A stretch of 64,000 nt of DNA from Candidatus Obscuribacterales bacterium (GCA_965228855.1 CBDDIJ010000005.1:1120001-1184000), one strand, 5' to 3'. Shown: positions 49,833-59,729, counted from the stretch's first letter. A program made the numbers and translations. The notes: generated from the letters alone by a model not told the origin.

Positions 49833-50414
49833 CTAACTGTTCGGCTCCGCATAACGGTCTACGATGTTGGCGATCACAGGCAAGCGCACTTCTTTTCCTT
49901 GCCAAACCGAATACATCAATCGAAATGAAATCCCCATAACAGCTAAAGCAATCAAGCCACCGAATAAGGAAAGCACTATTCCAAGCGCATCTCCAAGCAT
50001 CGGAATAATCGACAGAATGGACCGCACCGTGCCGAATACGACGTTCACGGCGATGAAGGCGCCGATCAGGGCTATACTTTGAATGCAGTGAAACCGCAGA
50101 TATCTGTTCTGCGTGTTCTCGGTCAGCAACCATAGAATTCCCGCAACTCCGGGCGCTACCGGTATATAGCAAAGAGCTGCGGCGGTTTTATAATCCAAAT
50201 CGAAGAACACGGTCTTGCCTGCCGGGATGACATCCATTCCCTTCATGTGCGGAAGCGATTTGGATGCGTTCGCAGACGGCTTTCTCTTCTTCGGTTCCTG
50301 TTTCAAATAACCGCTTTCCGACGACGCGGAAAACTGATCGTTAAAAGGATCGCCGTCCTCTTCTTTTTCATCAACTTCAAGATCGTCCGGATCAGGCCCG
50401 CGATTGCTGTTCAT
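49833..50414 (-). CDS. DUF4870-family membrane protein
   Basis: AAALCY...RFHCIQS...RLPVIA; three TM segments. Confidence 0.8.
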   Translation of the reverse strand: MNSNRGPDPDDLEVDEKEEDGDPFNDQFSASSESGYLKQEPKKRKPSANASKSLPHMKGMDVIPAGKTVFFDLDYKTAAALCYIPVAPGVAGILWLLTENTQNRYLRFHCIQSIALIGAFIAVNVVFGTVRSILSIIPMLGDALGIVLSLFGGLIALAVMGISFRLMYSVWQGKEVRLPVIANIVDRYAEPNS

Positions 50415-50463
50415 GCGAACAATGTCTCCAACCAGTGCGGGTCATATCTTACCACCGTTCCTC

Positions 50464-50477
50464 AACCGATATCGGTT
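50464..50477. repeat. Palindrome AACCGATATCGGTT (exact)
   Basis: 14 bp downstream of stop 50492. Confidence 0.9.
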
Positions 50478-50491
50478 CAGGAAAACAGCGG

Positions 50492-51811
50492 TTAGAACCC
50501 GATGCTGAAATTGCCGATTCGAACAGCACCGCGTCCGCCATATCCGTTATAGCCGCGGTTGAAGTTGTTGTACCGATTCATTTGATTAAACTGATTGTAG
50601 CGGTTGAACTGGTTGTATGACTGATTGCAGCCTCCTCCGCGGAACCCGCCGTTGATAGCCGTGTTGATTATCATGCTGAGCGGATTGGCGCCATAGCCGT
50701 TGTAGTAGCCGCCATTCATGAAACCGCTGTTATAACCGTTCATGTAGCCGCCGTAACCCGGGTTGAAATTCATGTAGCCGCCGCGACCATGATTTCCCTG
50801 GTTTATCATTGATAAAACAAACGGCGCGTATCTCATCACCTGCAGGAGCGTATCGTTTCCGCCCCGACCGGGGTTGTACGTGTTGGCATTGTTCCAGCGA
50901 GAGTACGGGTTGAATCTCTGGTTGCACCCCTGATCCTGCCATTGCTGGTTGTAGTCGGAATCGTAACCCGGATAGTATCCACCAGGCTGACTCCATTGTT
51001 GCCGCTGGTCCCATTGCTGATGTTGCCAGTTCTGGTTTTGATAGCGTTGATTTTGACTCCACTGCTGGTACTGCCAGTTTGGATTTTGAAAACGTTGATT
51101 CTGGTTAAACTGCTGATGCTGCCAGTCACGCTGGGCGTTGAGCCATCGCTGATTTTGATAACTCTGGTCCTGCCACTGCTGGTCCGGGGTTACCCACATT
51201 CGAGGATTGCGTGTGTTTGGTCGCATAGTGCTCGGGCAAGTAGGGTAAGATGACGGGCACATGCCTCTTTCATCGACATACCTGGGATCGACGAACGCGC
51301 GCGCCACATCATACCCTTGCACCTGGGATGGTGGCACTCGCCCCGGTTGATAGGCTGCAAACTGGGGATTGTTCCAGAGTGCAGGATTGTTTCGAGACTG
51401 GTCCAGATAGCCGTTGTTAGCGGATAAGATTAATCGAATAATGTCCTCTTCGCGCAACTGCGTCCGCGCGATAGAAGTAGGTCCGAGCGCATTTTCGTAC
51501 ATATCACAGCGCCCGGTGACGCACGGAGCGGCGCTGGCCATGTCGTATGCCGGAACTACAATCTGAGAGGAACGATCGAATCGGGGATCGACCAGCGGAT
51601 TGCTCACGGGATTGATCAGCTGACTAAACCGAGGCTGAAATGGCGAAACCGTCACAGGCGAAATATCACAAGCCCTGCTCGATTCCATGCGAGAATCACA
51701 AGAATCAACATATAGCCGACGCGAAACATCAGGTTCCGATGGATACGATTCCGGCGTTCCGTAACCAGCGTAGACACCGCTCTGTATGTCGTAAACTTGA
51801 CTGTCTGTCAT
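50492..51811 (-). CDS. Low-complexity Q/N/G/Y-rich protein
   Basis: 439-aa ORF with AGAAGG RBS; WQxQQ repeats and a G/N/Y-rich tail. Confidence 0.7.
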   Translation of the reverse strand: MTDSQVYDIQSGVYAGYGTPESYPSEPDVSRRLYVDSCDSRMESSRACDISPVTVSPFQPRFSQLINPVSNPLVDPRFDRSSQIVVPAYDMASAAPCVTGRCDMYENALGPTSIARTQLREEDIIRLILSANNGYLDQSRNNPALWNNPQFAAYQPGRVPPSQVQGYDVARAFVDPRYVDERGMCPSSYPTCPSTMRPNTRNPRMWVTPDQQWQDQSYQNQRWLNAQRDWQHQQFNQNQRFQNPNWQYQQWSQNQRYQNQNWQHQQWDQRQQWSQPGGYYPGYDSDYNQQWQDQGCNQRFNPYSRWNNANTYNPGRGGNDTLLQVMRYAPFVLSMINQGNHGRGGYMNFNPGYGGYMNGYNSGFMNGGYYNGYGANPLSMIINTAINGGFRGGGCNQSYNQFNRYNQFNQMNRYNNFNRGYNGYGGRGAVRIGNFSIGF

Positions 51812-52328
51812 TCTAAAAACCTTCTTTTACTTTAGCCTGAAACGCGCCGCACGCACACTTCGCTTCAAATCTCTCTTCGTCGAGACGAGCACAGTGCGCA
51901 GCTTATAGCCCGTCTGTGAACAATTTGTACCCAAATCGGCAATTGTGCGGGAAGACTACGATCCAGGCGTGAGGTTTTCACGTATGAAGTCGTCATGCCG
52001 GTTTTGATATTGCTCGGTGTGGAACATTTCTCCCAAACTATACCTACCTCGATAGACCGAGAAAAGCATTTCGGAAAAGGCTGCCTGTCCGGAAGTCAGC
52101 TTTTAATCAGTATCTTGAAATATCAAAACTTTGAACATGGTCGGATTCACCTGATGATGTTTCAAAAATTAGAAACAGAAGAAAGTCTCATCGTGCACCA
52201 TGCGTGATACCACCCGGTTTTAAGAACCAATTGCAGCAAAATAATATGTTAATAGAATATGGGCCTGAAAGCTCGCTTCTGATAGGATCAGGTTTTACTG
52301 TATAGGGAATTCGTTTCACCGGAGGAAC

Positions 52329-53189
52329 ATGACCCTGTCAACATCCGCCCTAATCGGCACAGTCCTGTCTGATCGCTACGAAATCACGTCCGAAGTAGGA
52401 CGGGGCATCTTTGGTGTTGTGTTCAAAGGCTGGCATCTGCAGATGGATAAGCCGGTGGCAGTCAAAGTGTTGTTCCAGGCCGTCGAGCCGGAAAACACGG
52501 GCTACCAGAGGTTCAAGCGCGAAGCTCAGTCTGCAAGTTCGTTGCACCATCCGAACATAGTCAAAATCTACGATTACGGCGAGAAAGAGGGGCGCCCATA
52601 CATCGTGATGGACTACATAGAGGGGCGCAACCTCAAGGAAATCTTGAAAGAAGAGACGCGCTTGCCAAGCGAACGAGCAGTGCCAATCTTTATCCAGCTG
52701 GGCTCGGCTCTGTCGCACCTGCACAAAGCCGGTTTTCTGCACCGCGACATCAAGCCGGACAACGTCATTGTCCAGGACACGCCGTACCAGAAGGATTTCA
52801 TTACCCTCGTCGATTTCGGTATCGCAAAACAGATTCAGGAGCCCAGCCACAAAAAACTAACCATGGATGGAACGGTAGTGGGCACACCGGCGTTCATGAG
52901 CCCGGAACAAATTCTCGGTCAGGAGCTCGATCAGCGCAGCGACATCTACGCTTTCGGCGTGTTTATGTACACTGTTGTGACCGGCGTACTGCCGATTCGC
53001 GGCAAAGATTCCGTGGATACGATGAAAAAGCATGTCACTGATGAGCCGCTCGAGTTCTCAAGGGCTTGCCCCGGAGTGCGCATTCCGCTGTCGTTGCAAA
53101 TCGTGCTCCGCAAGACCTTGAAAAAAGTACCGGCAGAGCGACATCAAACAATGGACGAGCTTCTGAAAGAGTTGGAAGCGTGCATTTAA
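52329..53189 (+). CDS. Hanks-type Ser/Thr protein kinase (kinase domain only)
   Basis: GRGIFG, VAVK, HRDIKPDN, DFG, GTPAFMSPE. Confidence 0.95.
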   Translation: MTLSTSALIGTVLSDRYEITSEVGRGIFGVVFKGWHLQMDKPVAVKVLFQAVEPENTGYQRFKREAQSASSLHHPNIVKIYDYGEKEGRPYIVMDYIEGRNLKEILKEETRLPSERAVPIFIQLGSALSHLHKAGFLHRDIKPDNVIVQDTPYQKDFITLVDFGIAKQIQEPSHKKLTMDGTVVGTPAFMSPEQILGQELDQRSDIYAFGVFMYTVVTGVLPIRGKDSVDTMKKHVTDEPLEFSRACPGVRIPLSLQIVLRKTLKKVPAERHQTMDELLKELEACI

Positions 53190-53255
53190 GGAAAGACGCA
53201 CAGCTTACGGCTCTGACGCACTCCAAACGATAGAACGTACTAACAGGTCTCTCGG

Positions 53256-54167
53256 ATGCTCAGAAACATCATCGTCATAGTGACACTACTACTGGTAGCA
53301 CTTCTTCCTTTCGTGACGAAGGAGCACAGTGCGGAAACTCCAGCCGGGATCCGCATTGTACGCAACTTGCCGTACGTTGACGGTTCTGACAATCCTCGCC
53401 AACAGCTCGACCTCTATTTACCTAGAATCAAAATGGCGGAGAAACTTCCACTCGTTGTCTGGATTCATGGAGGAGCCTGGAAACTGGGAGACAAACGAGA
53501 GTCCCCATGTATGGAACTCGCAAACCACGGTTTTGCAGCAGCAGCTATAAACTATAGATTCAGCACGACGGACCATTACCCTGCACAAATTTACGACTGC
53601 AAAGCCGCTATCCGATGGCTGCGCGCTCACGCCGACGAGTACATGTACGATCCGAATCGCATCGGAGTTTGGGGTGCATCGGCCGGAGGGCATCTAGTTT
53701 CAATGCTCGGCACCACTGGCGGTGACAAAGCGTTCGAAGGTAACCTTGGAAATCCAACGCAGTCCACCGTAGTCCAGGCGGTATCCGACTGGTGCGGACC
53801 AACTGATTTGACGACGTTCAATCAGCAGGTGATGCAGCCAAGGTTTCGGCAGGCGGAGCCAGAGCGCTTCATCAATGAACTACTGGGCGGGACACCGGAA
53901 GAGCTGCCGAAGTTGGCTCATGAAGCCAGTCCGATCTTCTATGTTTCAAAGGACGACCCTCCGTTTCAAGTTGTCCATTCTATAGAAGATCCGGTTGTCC
54001 CTTTTGAACAGAGCAATGATTTTGTGAAGAAGCTGGAATCTGACGGCGTGAAAGTCGAGTTCATAAAGGTAAACAGCAACAATCATATGCCAATGACCGA
54101 GGGCAATTTGAACGCAGTGTATGAGTTCTTCAAGGATAAATTAAAGGCAACCGGAGTTTCGAACTGA
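53256..54167 (+). CDS. Exported alpha/beta hydrolase (HSL-like esterase)
   Basis: IHGGAW, GASAGG, DPVVP and catalytic His. Confidence 0.9.
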   Translation: MLRNIIVIVTLLLVALLPFVTKEHSAETPAGIRIVRNLPYVDGSDNPRQQLDLYLPRIKMAEKLPLVVWIHGGAWKLGDKRESPCMELANHGFAAAAINYRFSTTDHYPAQIYDCKAAIRWLRAHADEYMYDPNRIGVWGASAGGHLVSMLGTTGGDKAFEGNLGNPTQSTVVQAVSDWCGPTDLTTFNQQVMQPRFRQAEPERFINELLGGTPEELPKLAHEASPIFYVSKDDPPFQVVHSIEDPVVPFEQSNDFVKKLESDGVKVEFIKVNSNNHMPMTEGNLNAVYEFFKDKLKATGVSN

Positions 54168-54514
54168 AATCTGACTCGCGCCACCACAAACAGTGGCACT
54201 AAGTCACTTCAGGAAATACGCCAATCTGCTATGGTTGTAGAATGCGCATACAAACACCCTACCCGCTCGCATTGATTCTATTGAAGTGGCTTGCCGCACC
54301 TGCATTAATTATGACTACGACGATTTTCGCAATGATTTGGAGCGGTCGAATCACTACCGAAACTGGGCCGCCAGCGCCCTCACTTGAAACGAGAAAGCAT
54401 GGCTCTTAGCCGGTTGACATGCTGAGAGGCACAAAGTTTCTTGCTGAAAGCGGACAAAACTGCAGAAAATAAAGTTGTATAGTAAACGTGTTAGTTTCAT
54501 TGGCAGGTACACTC

Positions 54515-54943
54515 ATGAAGTCAAGATTTTTGTTATCGCTCCTCCTCGGCTCGACGCTGCTTTTGACGTCGGCAGAGTTTGCCAATGCAAAAGAGTGGAC
54601 AATTAATGAGCGTCAGGATCAGCTCATGAAAGACATTAACGAAGCTCAAAAGAAAAATGACCTCACGGATAAAGAAGCCAAGAAACTTCGAGCACACCTC
54701 GCCGACGTGGCCCGCAAAGAAGTAAAGATGCGCGGCAAGATATCATCGGGCAAACTTTCGGAGGCGGACAAAGCCACCCTGGAGTCCGCCCTGAATAGTG
54801 TCAGTGTCGACATCAAAAAGTTGGCTCTCGAAAAACGAGTCGATTTTGCCAAGGACAAAGCCAAGAGCGCAGCTGAAGCTAAGAAGAAGGCGGAAAAGGC
54901 GGCCGACGCCAAACAAAAGGCCGCGGAGAAGGCGACCAAGTAG
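54515..54943 (+). CDS. Secreted small helical protein
   Basis: Signal peptide ending ANA, LTDKEAKKL and LSEADKATL helices, Lys/Ala-rich tail. Confidence 0.75.
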   Translation: MKSRFLLSLLLGSTLLLTSAEFANAKEWTINERQDQLMKDINEAQKKNDLTDKEAKKLRAHLADVARKEVKMRGKISSGKLSEADKATLESALNSVSVDIKKLALEKRVDFAKDKAKSAAEAKKKAEKAADAKQKAAEKATK

Positions 54944-55020
54944 GCGCAGAATTATCGGTTTGGAAACGGTTGGGCCAATGGCTCAGCCGTTTTTGTCTAA
55001 GCCTTCACTCTTCTCACTTC

Positions 55021-55040
55021 CTAAACCGATATCGGTTTAG
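55021..55040. repeat. Extended 20-bp palindrome CTAAACCGATATCGGTTTAG
   Basis: Read directly, between convergent genes. Confidence 0.9.
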
Positions 55041-55061
55041 AAATACGGAAAAGATAGAAAG

Positions 55062-55094
55062 AAAAAACTCCAACCGTTTCGCGCGGTTGGAGTT
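55062..55094 (-). terminator. Intrinsic terminator of the hydrolase gene
   Basis: 11-bp stem AACTCCAACCG/CGGTTGGAGTT with a T-run on the minus strand. Confidence 0.75.
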
Positions 55095-55122
55095 CGTCAT
55101 GTTTGCGAGGATTTGCTCAGGT

Positions 55123-56121
55123 TTAAGGGTGACCGGTAACGCCTGGCTTTCGAGCGTTTAACTGGTTGTTGATCCAAACTTTGATCAAGTCTTCCAGCTG
55201 TTCCGTCAGTTGGTTTTCTTCCAGAAGCAGGTGTTCACCGTCGCCGACAACCATTAGCAGTTTGTCATCACAAGAGATGTTATTGAAGAGCTCGATCGTT
55301 CCTTCAGGCTTTACTAATCGATCCTTGAAGCCCGCGAGCATTAAGACAGGAGTGCGTTGAATGAGCGCGGCCGCGTCGTTATTACCTTTCATGAAATCCT
55401 CGAATTGCTTTAATTCTTTCGGGGATATTTTCATCCTGTTGTGTTCTTCGGCTTTCCACTTGCTACGAAGCGACCGATTCGCTGTGGCTCTCGAGACAAC
55501 CTCTTCAGAGATGTCGATTGGTTTGTCCTTGTTGGCCACCCACTTGGCACCTATTATGATTTCGCTGGACGCTTTGCCGTATCTATCGCTAGAAGGTACC
55601 GAACTGATCAGACCATCGACGAGATCCGGATAGCGGGAAGTCGCAGCCAGGGCAATAGCTCCGCCCATTGACTCACCGGCAAGGAATATGCGCGTTCCGG
55701 GATAACTCTTGCGAAGAGTCTTAAGCGCTGCTTCAACATCAGTCAAGCAGGCTTCGAAGTCGCACAACTCTTGCCCTTTTCGATTCATCCAGGCACCGAA
55801 ACCTCGCACATCAAGCGCGTAAACGGCTGCGCCGTTCGCCGCCATTTGACGACCAAACTCTGTGAACGATTCGCTGCTAAAGCCAAGACCGTGAACGCAG
55901 AGTATTACTTCGCGCGGTTTATCGACAGGAATCCAGGCGCGGTAGGGAACCTTAATGTTTTTGCTCCAGATCGGACGCATCCCTTTTGCAGCAGGTTTAG
56001 CAGCAATGAGATTATTGTCGGACCTGTTAGCAGCGCCAGGTCTGGCAAAAGCCGGCAGCATAATGGTTAGCGACAGGGACAAAGTGACTAAATAAGCGAG
56101 TTTCTTGGATAGCATTGACAT
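55123..56121 (-). CDS. Alpha/beta hydrolase (lysophospholipase, Hydrolase_4 type), exported
   Basis: VHGLG, DVRGFG, GESMGG, DRLV, GEHLL; signal peptide; start uncertain. Confidence 0.9.
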   Translation of the reverse strand: MSMLSKKLAYLVTLSLSLTIMLPAFARPGAANRSDNNLIAAKPAAKGMRPIWSKNIKVPYRAWIPVDKPREVILCVHGLGFSSESFTEFGRQMAANGAAVYALDVRGFGAWMNRKGQELCDFEACLTDVEAALKTLRKSYPGTRIFLAGESMGGAIALAATSRYPDLVDGLISSVPSSDRYGKASSEIIIGAKWVANKDKPIDISEEVVSRATANRSLRSKWKAEEHNRMKISPKELKQFEDFMKGNNDAAALIQRTPVLMLAGFKDRLVKPEGTIELFNNISCDDKLLMVVGDGEHLLLEENQLTEQLEDLIKVWINNQLNARKPGVTGHP

Positions 56122-56339
56122 CTCCGCTTCGACTGGGGGCCGAATTATGCCTGTTTCAATCGAGGAATGCAAAGCCTGATAACCGACTTCTCGTGCTCAA
56201 TTGACAACATAATCCGGCAGGGGTGGGAATGGGTAGAGATCTTCATATAGCACGAAGCCATAAGGGGAGCAGTTGAGCCAAGTTGAAATGAGAGAAACAA
56301 CTTCAGAAGCGAGTTGATTGTAAATCGATGCTGTGGCTT

Positions 56340-56858
56340 TTATTCAAATTCGTCAAGCATGTCACTTGCGCGCGGAACTCCATGAGCAGCCGCTTTCCGA
56401 AACCATTCTTTGGCGCGCGTATCATCTCTATCAGTTCCGCGACCGGCTGCTAAAAGAGTGCCGACATCATACATCGCTCTTGCTGAACCCTTCTCGGCCG
56501 CTTTGAGAAACCAGCTGAATGCTGTCTGATCTGACTGCTCCACGCCCTTGCCCTGAAGATAGAGGAGCCCAAGATTGAATTGCGCATCGATGTCGCCCTG
56601 CTCCGCAGCCTTCTCAAACCAATCCTTAGCGACGATATAGCTCTGCTCTACCCCTGCGCCACGAAGATACATATCCGCGAGATTGTATTGCGCCGCCGAC
56701 AAGCCCTGATTGGCCGCCATCTCATACCAGTGCACAGCCTGGGTCGTACTTTTGACGACACCGCTTCCCTTGATGTGCAGGAATGCCAGTCGAAATTGAG
56801 CGCGCGCATCACCGCTTTCTGCGAGCTTTATGAGTTGCTTGAGATCTTTTCCTTCCAT
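56340..56858 (-). CDS. Sel1-repeat protein
   Basis: Four repeats of AQFNLGxxYxxGxGV...WFxKAAxQG. Start trimmed (56858 or 56876). Confidence 0.9.
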   Translation of the reverse strand: MEGKDLKQLIKLAESGDARAQFRLAFLHIKGSGVVKSTTQAVHWYEMAANQGLSAAQYNLADMYLRGAGVEQSYIVAKDWFEKAAEQGDIDAQFNLGLLYLQGKGVEQSDQTAFSWFLKAAEKGSARAMYDVGTLLAAGRGTDRDDTRAKEWFRKAAAHGVPRASDMLDEFE

Positions 56859-57042
56859 GCCACAATTATCCACCATCTCATATTGCACGCGAACGAATGA
56901 CGCTGCATGAATTATGCACAGCCCCGCACAATTGCACTTTCCGATGCAATTGCGCAAGATGTAGCATGCCACCGGGAAACTTCGCGAGTATACTGAAAAT
57001 AGGTCAGGCGGCAGGCACCCCCCAGGTATTTCCGGAGTTCTC

Positions 57043-58449
57043 ATGGCTGATTTTGACGCGCCAGGCGAGTTCGTTTCACGAGCTGACTTGTGCCAGGGTA
57101 TCGGCGATTTCGTAGGCGCAGACAAATTTATGGTTCGCGCTCTCGAACTGCAACTCGATTCAGCACCGCAAGACGCGCAAATGCTGCGCTTTCTCACCGC
57201 CAGAAAAGTGGAGATTAATCTCCTTGCCGGCAACTTCGCAAAAGCCGATGAATGCTGGAAAAATCTGCTGAAACTTCAAAGAGGAAAACTCAAGTCAAAC
57301 GACAGAGATGTCGCAGCAACTCTCGTTGAAATGGGAATTTTCTATCGCGGTGAGGGAAAGTGGCGGCAAGCGCTGCTTCGATTCGACCAGGCGCTCGCAC
57401 TACAACAGGACGAATTCAGCACGAATAATCACGACTATGTCGTCACTCTAGCTGAGAAAGCACATTTGTTCGGACTGCAGGGCAATCAAAAGAAAGCGCA
57501 AAATCTCATAGATCAGGCTCTCCAGTTAGCGGAGCAAGGAACAAACAAGTGGCATGAATGTGTAGCGCTCGTCTTGCGCCGCAAGGCAAAAAGCTTGCGC
57601 GAGTGGAGAAATCCGGAGATTCTCGAGTCTTATCTGGAGCGCGCCATTGCCATTCTCTCTGAAGAAAACAAAATGCCCCACCCTGAGATTCGACTCTGCC
57701 TGAGCGAGCTGGCGGATCTTGGTCTATCTCGTGGTCTGCATCGCCGAGCCGAAAGGCTCTATGTGCGGAGCTTACAACTAACTGAACCATTCATGGGCAG
57801 CAAACACCCCGACTCTATAGTTCTACTTGAGAAACTTGCTCGCCTGCGCCGGGCTCTTGGCCGATATGGCGAGGCTGAAGCACACTATCGAAAGCTTTTG
57901 GCAATTCATCAACAGACTCGAGGATCTACCGCACCGGAAGTCGTGCACGCCATGTTCAGCCTCGGTTCGCTGCTTAGAGAAAGCAGAGAATTCGATCAAG
58001 CCTCAACGTTACTCATGCAAGCACTCGAGATGCAGGAAAGCCTACTGGGCCCGGATCACGAAAAGGTGGCGATGATTCTGTTCGAACTCGGCTGCCTGCA
58101 CGGCTCAACAGAGGATTTTGGAATCGCCGAATCGGAGTTTCGCCGAGCCCTGGCAATCCAGGAGAAGAATGAGGCTTGCGCACCATCGGTAGTGGCGGAT
58201 ACGCTTTCCGGTCTAGGAATGCTTTATTTTGCAAGACGAGAGTATGAGACAGCCGAGACCCTATTAACTCAATCACTACTGATCAAAGAGAAAGAATTCG
58301 GTCCCCGCCACGCCCGACTGGGCGACCCGCTTTTAAAACTTGCGCGTGTTTCCGATGCCCTAGGCAAACACGAACAGGCAAATGACCTGCATGAACGGGC
58401 GGACGACCTGGACCAAGAACCCAGCCAGCTCAACGACTTCTGGTTCTAA
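57043..58449 (+). CDS. TPR-repeat protein (kinesin-light-chain-like)
   Basis: LGPDHEKVA, GSKHPD, EAEAHYRK repeats; GGAG RBS. Confidence 0.88.
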   Translation: MADFDAPGEFVSRADLCQGIGDFVGADKFMVRALELQLDSAPQDAQMLRFLTARKVEINLLAGNFAKADECWKNLLKLQRGKLKSNDRDVAATLVEMGIFYRGEGKWRQALLRFDQALALQQDEFSTNNHDYVVTLAEKAHLFGLQGNQKKAQNLIDQALQLAEQGTNKWHECVALVLRRKAKSLREWRNPEILESYLERAIAILSEENKMPHPEIRLCLSELADLGLSRGLHRRAERLYVRSLQLTEPFMGSKHPDSIVLLEKLARLRRALGRYGEAEAHYRKLLAIHQQTRGSTAPEVVHAMFSLGSLLRESREFDQASTLLMQALEMQESLLGPDHEKVAMILFELGCLHGSTEDFGIAESEFRRALAIQEKNEACAPSVVADTLSGLGMLYFARREYETAETLLTQSLLIKEKEFGPRHARLGDPLLKLARVSDALGKHEQANDLHERADDLDQEPSQLNDFWF

Positions 58450-58496
58450 CCATATTGCGACCGAAACGATCGCTGCCATCGTCTGCATCGTTCTTC

Positions 58497-58510
58497 AACC
58501 GATATCGGTT
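58497..58510. repeat. Palindrome AACCGATATCGGTT (exact)
   Basis: 47 bp downstream of stop 58449. Confidence 0.9.
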
Positions 58511-58734
58511 CAGAAAAAGAAGTGAGAACGAGAAGCGTTCGTTTTAAACTCGAAAGAGCGGCACGAGAAAAAACGCAGCTATATAGAAATGAATTTCTCG
58601 CTCCCCCACTTGTCAAACAAGGCGACTAACTGAAGCCTAACAAAATGTCTGTGAATTTTTATACCTTCTTTACGCCGGTCGCGACGATGATGTTGGCATG
58701 TCGAACGCGACGCACTTAGTAGGAGGTCAGCACA

Positions 58735-59160
58735 ATGAACATTCGAACCAACAAGGCTGCGCTCACCAGTTTGACTCTCGCCTTCGGAGCCGTTCTCATC
58801 TATGGACTTCCGGCACAAGCCCGTTTTGACTACGACAACTGGCAGCCAGTCAAAGGACAAATTCACAAACAAGAAAACCGGCTGGAGAAATCACTCAACT
58901 CGGCATACGACAAAGGCATGATCGACTCGCTTGAGCTAGCACAACTTCGACGTGATCTCGACGGAATTAAAGCTCAAGAAGATGAATATCGTATGGACCA
59001 CAACGGTCTGGGAGCGAATGATGTGAAATCACTCAAAGCAAAACTGAACCATTTTCAGCAAGATCTGAACCGCGAAGAGGCCGACAAATATGCGCCTCCG
59101 GTGCAGGCTGCCAATCACAAACAACGCCCTGAGAAAGTATGCGTAGTAATCATCGACTAA
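58735..59160 (+). CDS. Secreted small helical protein
   Basis: AGGAGG RBS, signal peptide ending AQA, GMIDSLELAQL...NGLGANDVKSL. Confidence 0.8.
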   Translation: MNIRTNKAALTSLTLAFGAVLIYGLPAQARFDYDNWQPVKGQIHKQENRLEKSLNSAYDKGMIDSLELAQLRRDLDGIKAQEDEYRMDHNGLGANDVKSLKAKLNHFQQDLNREEADKYAPPVQAANHKQRPEKVCVVIID

Positions 59161-59288
59161 ATTTTTCAAGAGAAACACCCGACGCACACTGCAAACCCAT
59201 CCAAAGGTCCCGCGGCCCACGCGGTGAGGAGGTGAGCCACACTCTCAACAATCCCCAAGTTTGAATGCGAATCTCGGCAAAGACAGAA

Positions 59289-59330
59289 GAAGAGCTCCGA
59301 CCTGATCAGTCGGAGCCCTCTTCCGTTTTC
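59289..59330 (+). terminator. Probable intrinsic terminator
   Basis: GCTCCGAC-N7-GTCGGAGC stem followed by a pyrimidine/T-rich tail. Confidence 0.5.
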
Positions 59331-59343
59331 AGCCCCATTCCTG

Positions 59344-59476
59344 AACCGATATCGGTTTACGAACAGAACAGAACGGTGTTTTCTAAACCGATATCGGTTT
59401 AAAAACAGGAATCGTTATTCGTGAACCGATATCGGTTCACGAAATGGAAAAGCAACTGCATCAACCGATATCGGTT
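59344..59476. repeat. Array of four exact AACCGATATCGGTT palindromes (59344, 59386, 59424, 59463) with unique spacers
   Basis: Periods 42, 38 and 39 bp. The third copy extends to a perfect 26-bp palindrome (59418-59443). Confidence 0.95.
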
Positions 59477-59729
59477 TAGAAATTAGGCTAAAAGGAGCCG
59501 CAAGCTTGGTGTGTGAAATTAAGAGCCATGGTTCATCATGACAAACGTTGTACCGCCCTGATGAGAAGGACACGGGTCAAGCGGATCGATCTGGATACTT
59601 AGTGGATATCACCCGAAAAGCCGATTGTTACGAGCTTTGATAAAAATTGATCGCAAACGCCCCATGCTCTGTTGAAAATCGCGTAAGCTTTAGGCGTGTC
59701 GAATCCCCCGAATTCGGTTGGATCCTGAT

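Noticed and set aside
51995..52207. 70-aa ORF upstream of the kinase
   Set aside because: No motif or convincing RBS. It lies in an AT-richer divergent promoter region.
54168..54514. tRNA or structured RNA in this and other long intergenic gaps
   Set aside because: No cloverleaf, T-loop or other recognisable RNA family by eye.
56877..57233. N-terminal extension of the Sel1 ORF
   Set aside because: Overlaps the divergent TPR gene and does not look protein-like. The start was trimmed.
59344..59476. CRISPR array
   Set aside because: The conserved unit is only 14 bp, the same unit is scattered singly across the window, and there are no cas genes or leader. Kept as a palindrome array.
59477..59729. 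Purine or ZTP riboswitch upstream of purF
   Set aside because: No recognisable conserved aptamer motifs by eye. An Infernal search would be needed to exclude it.
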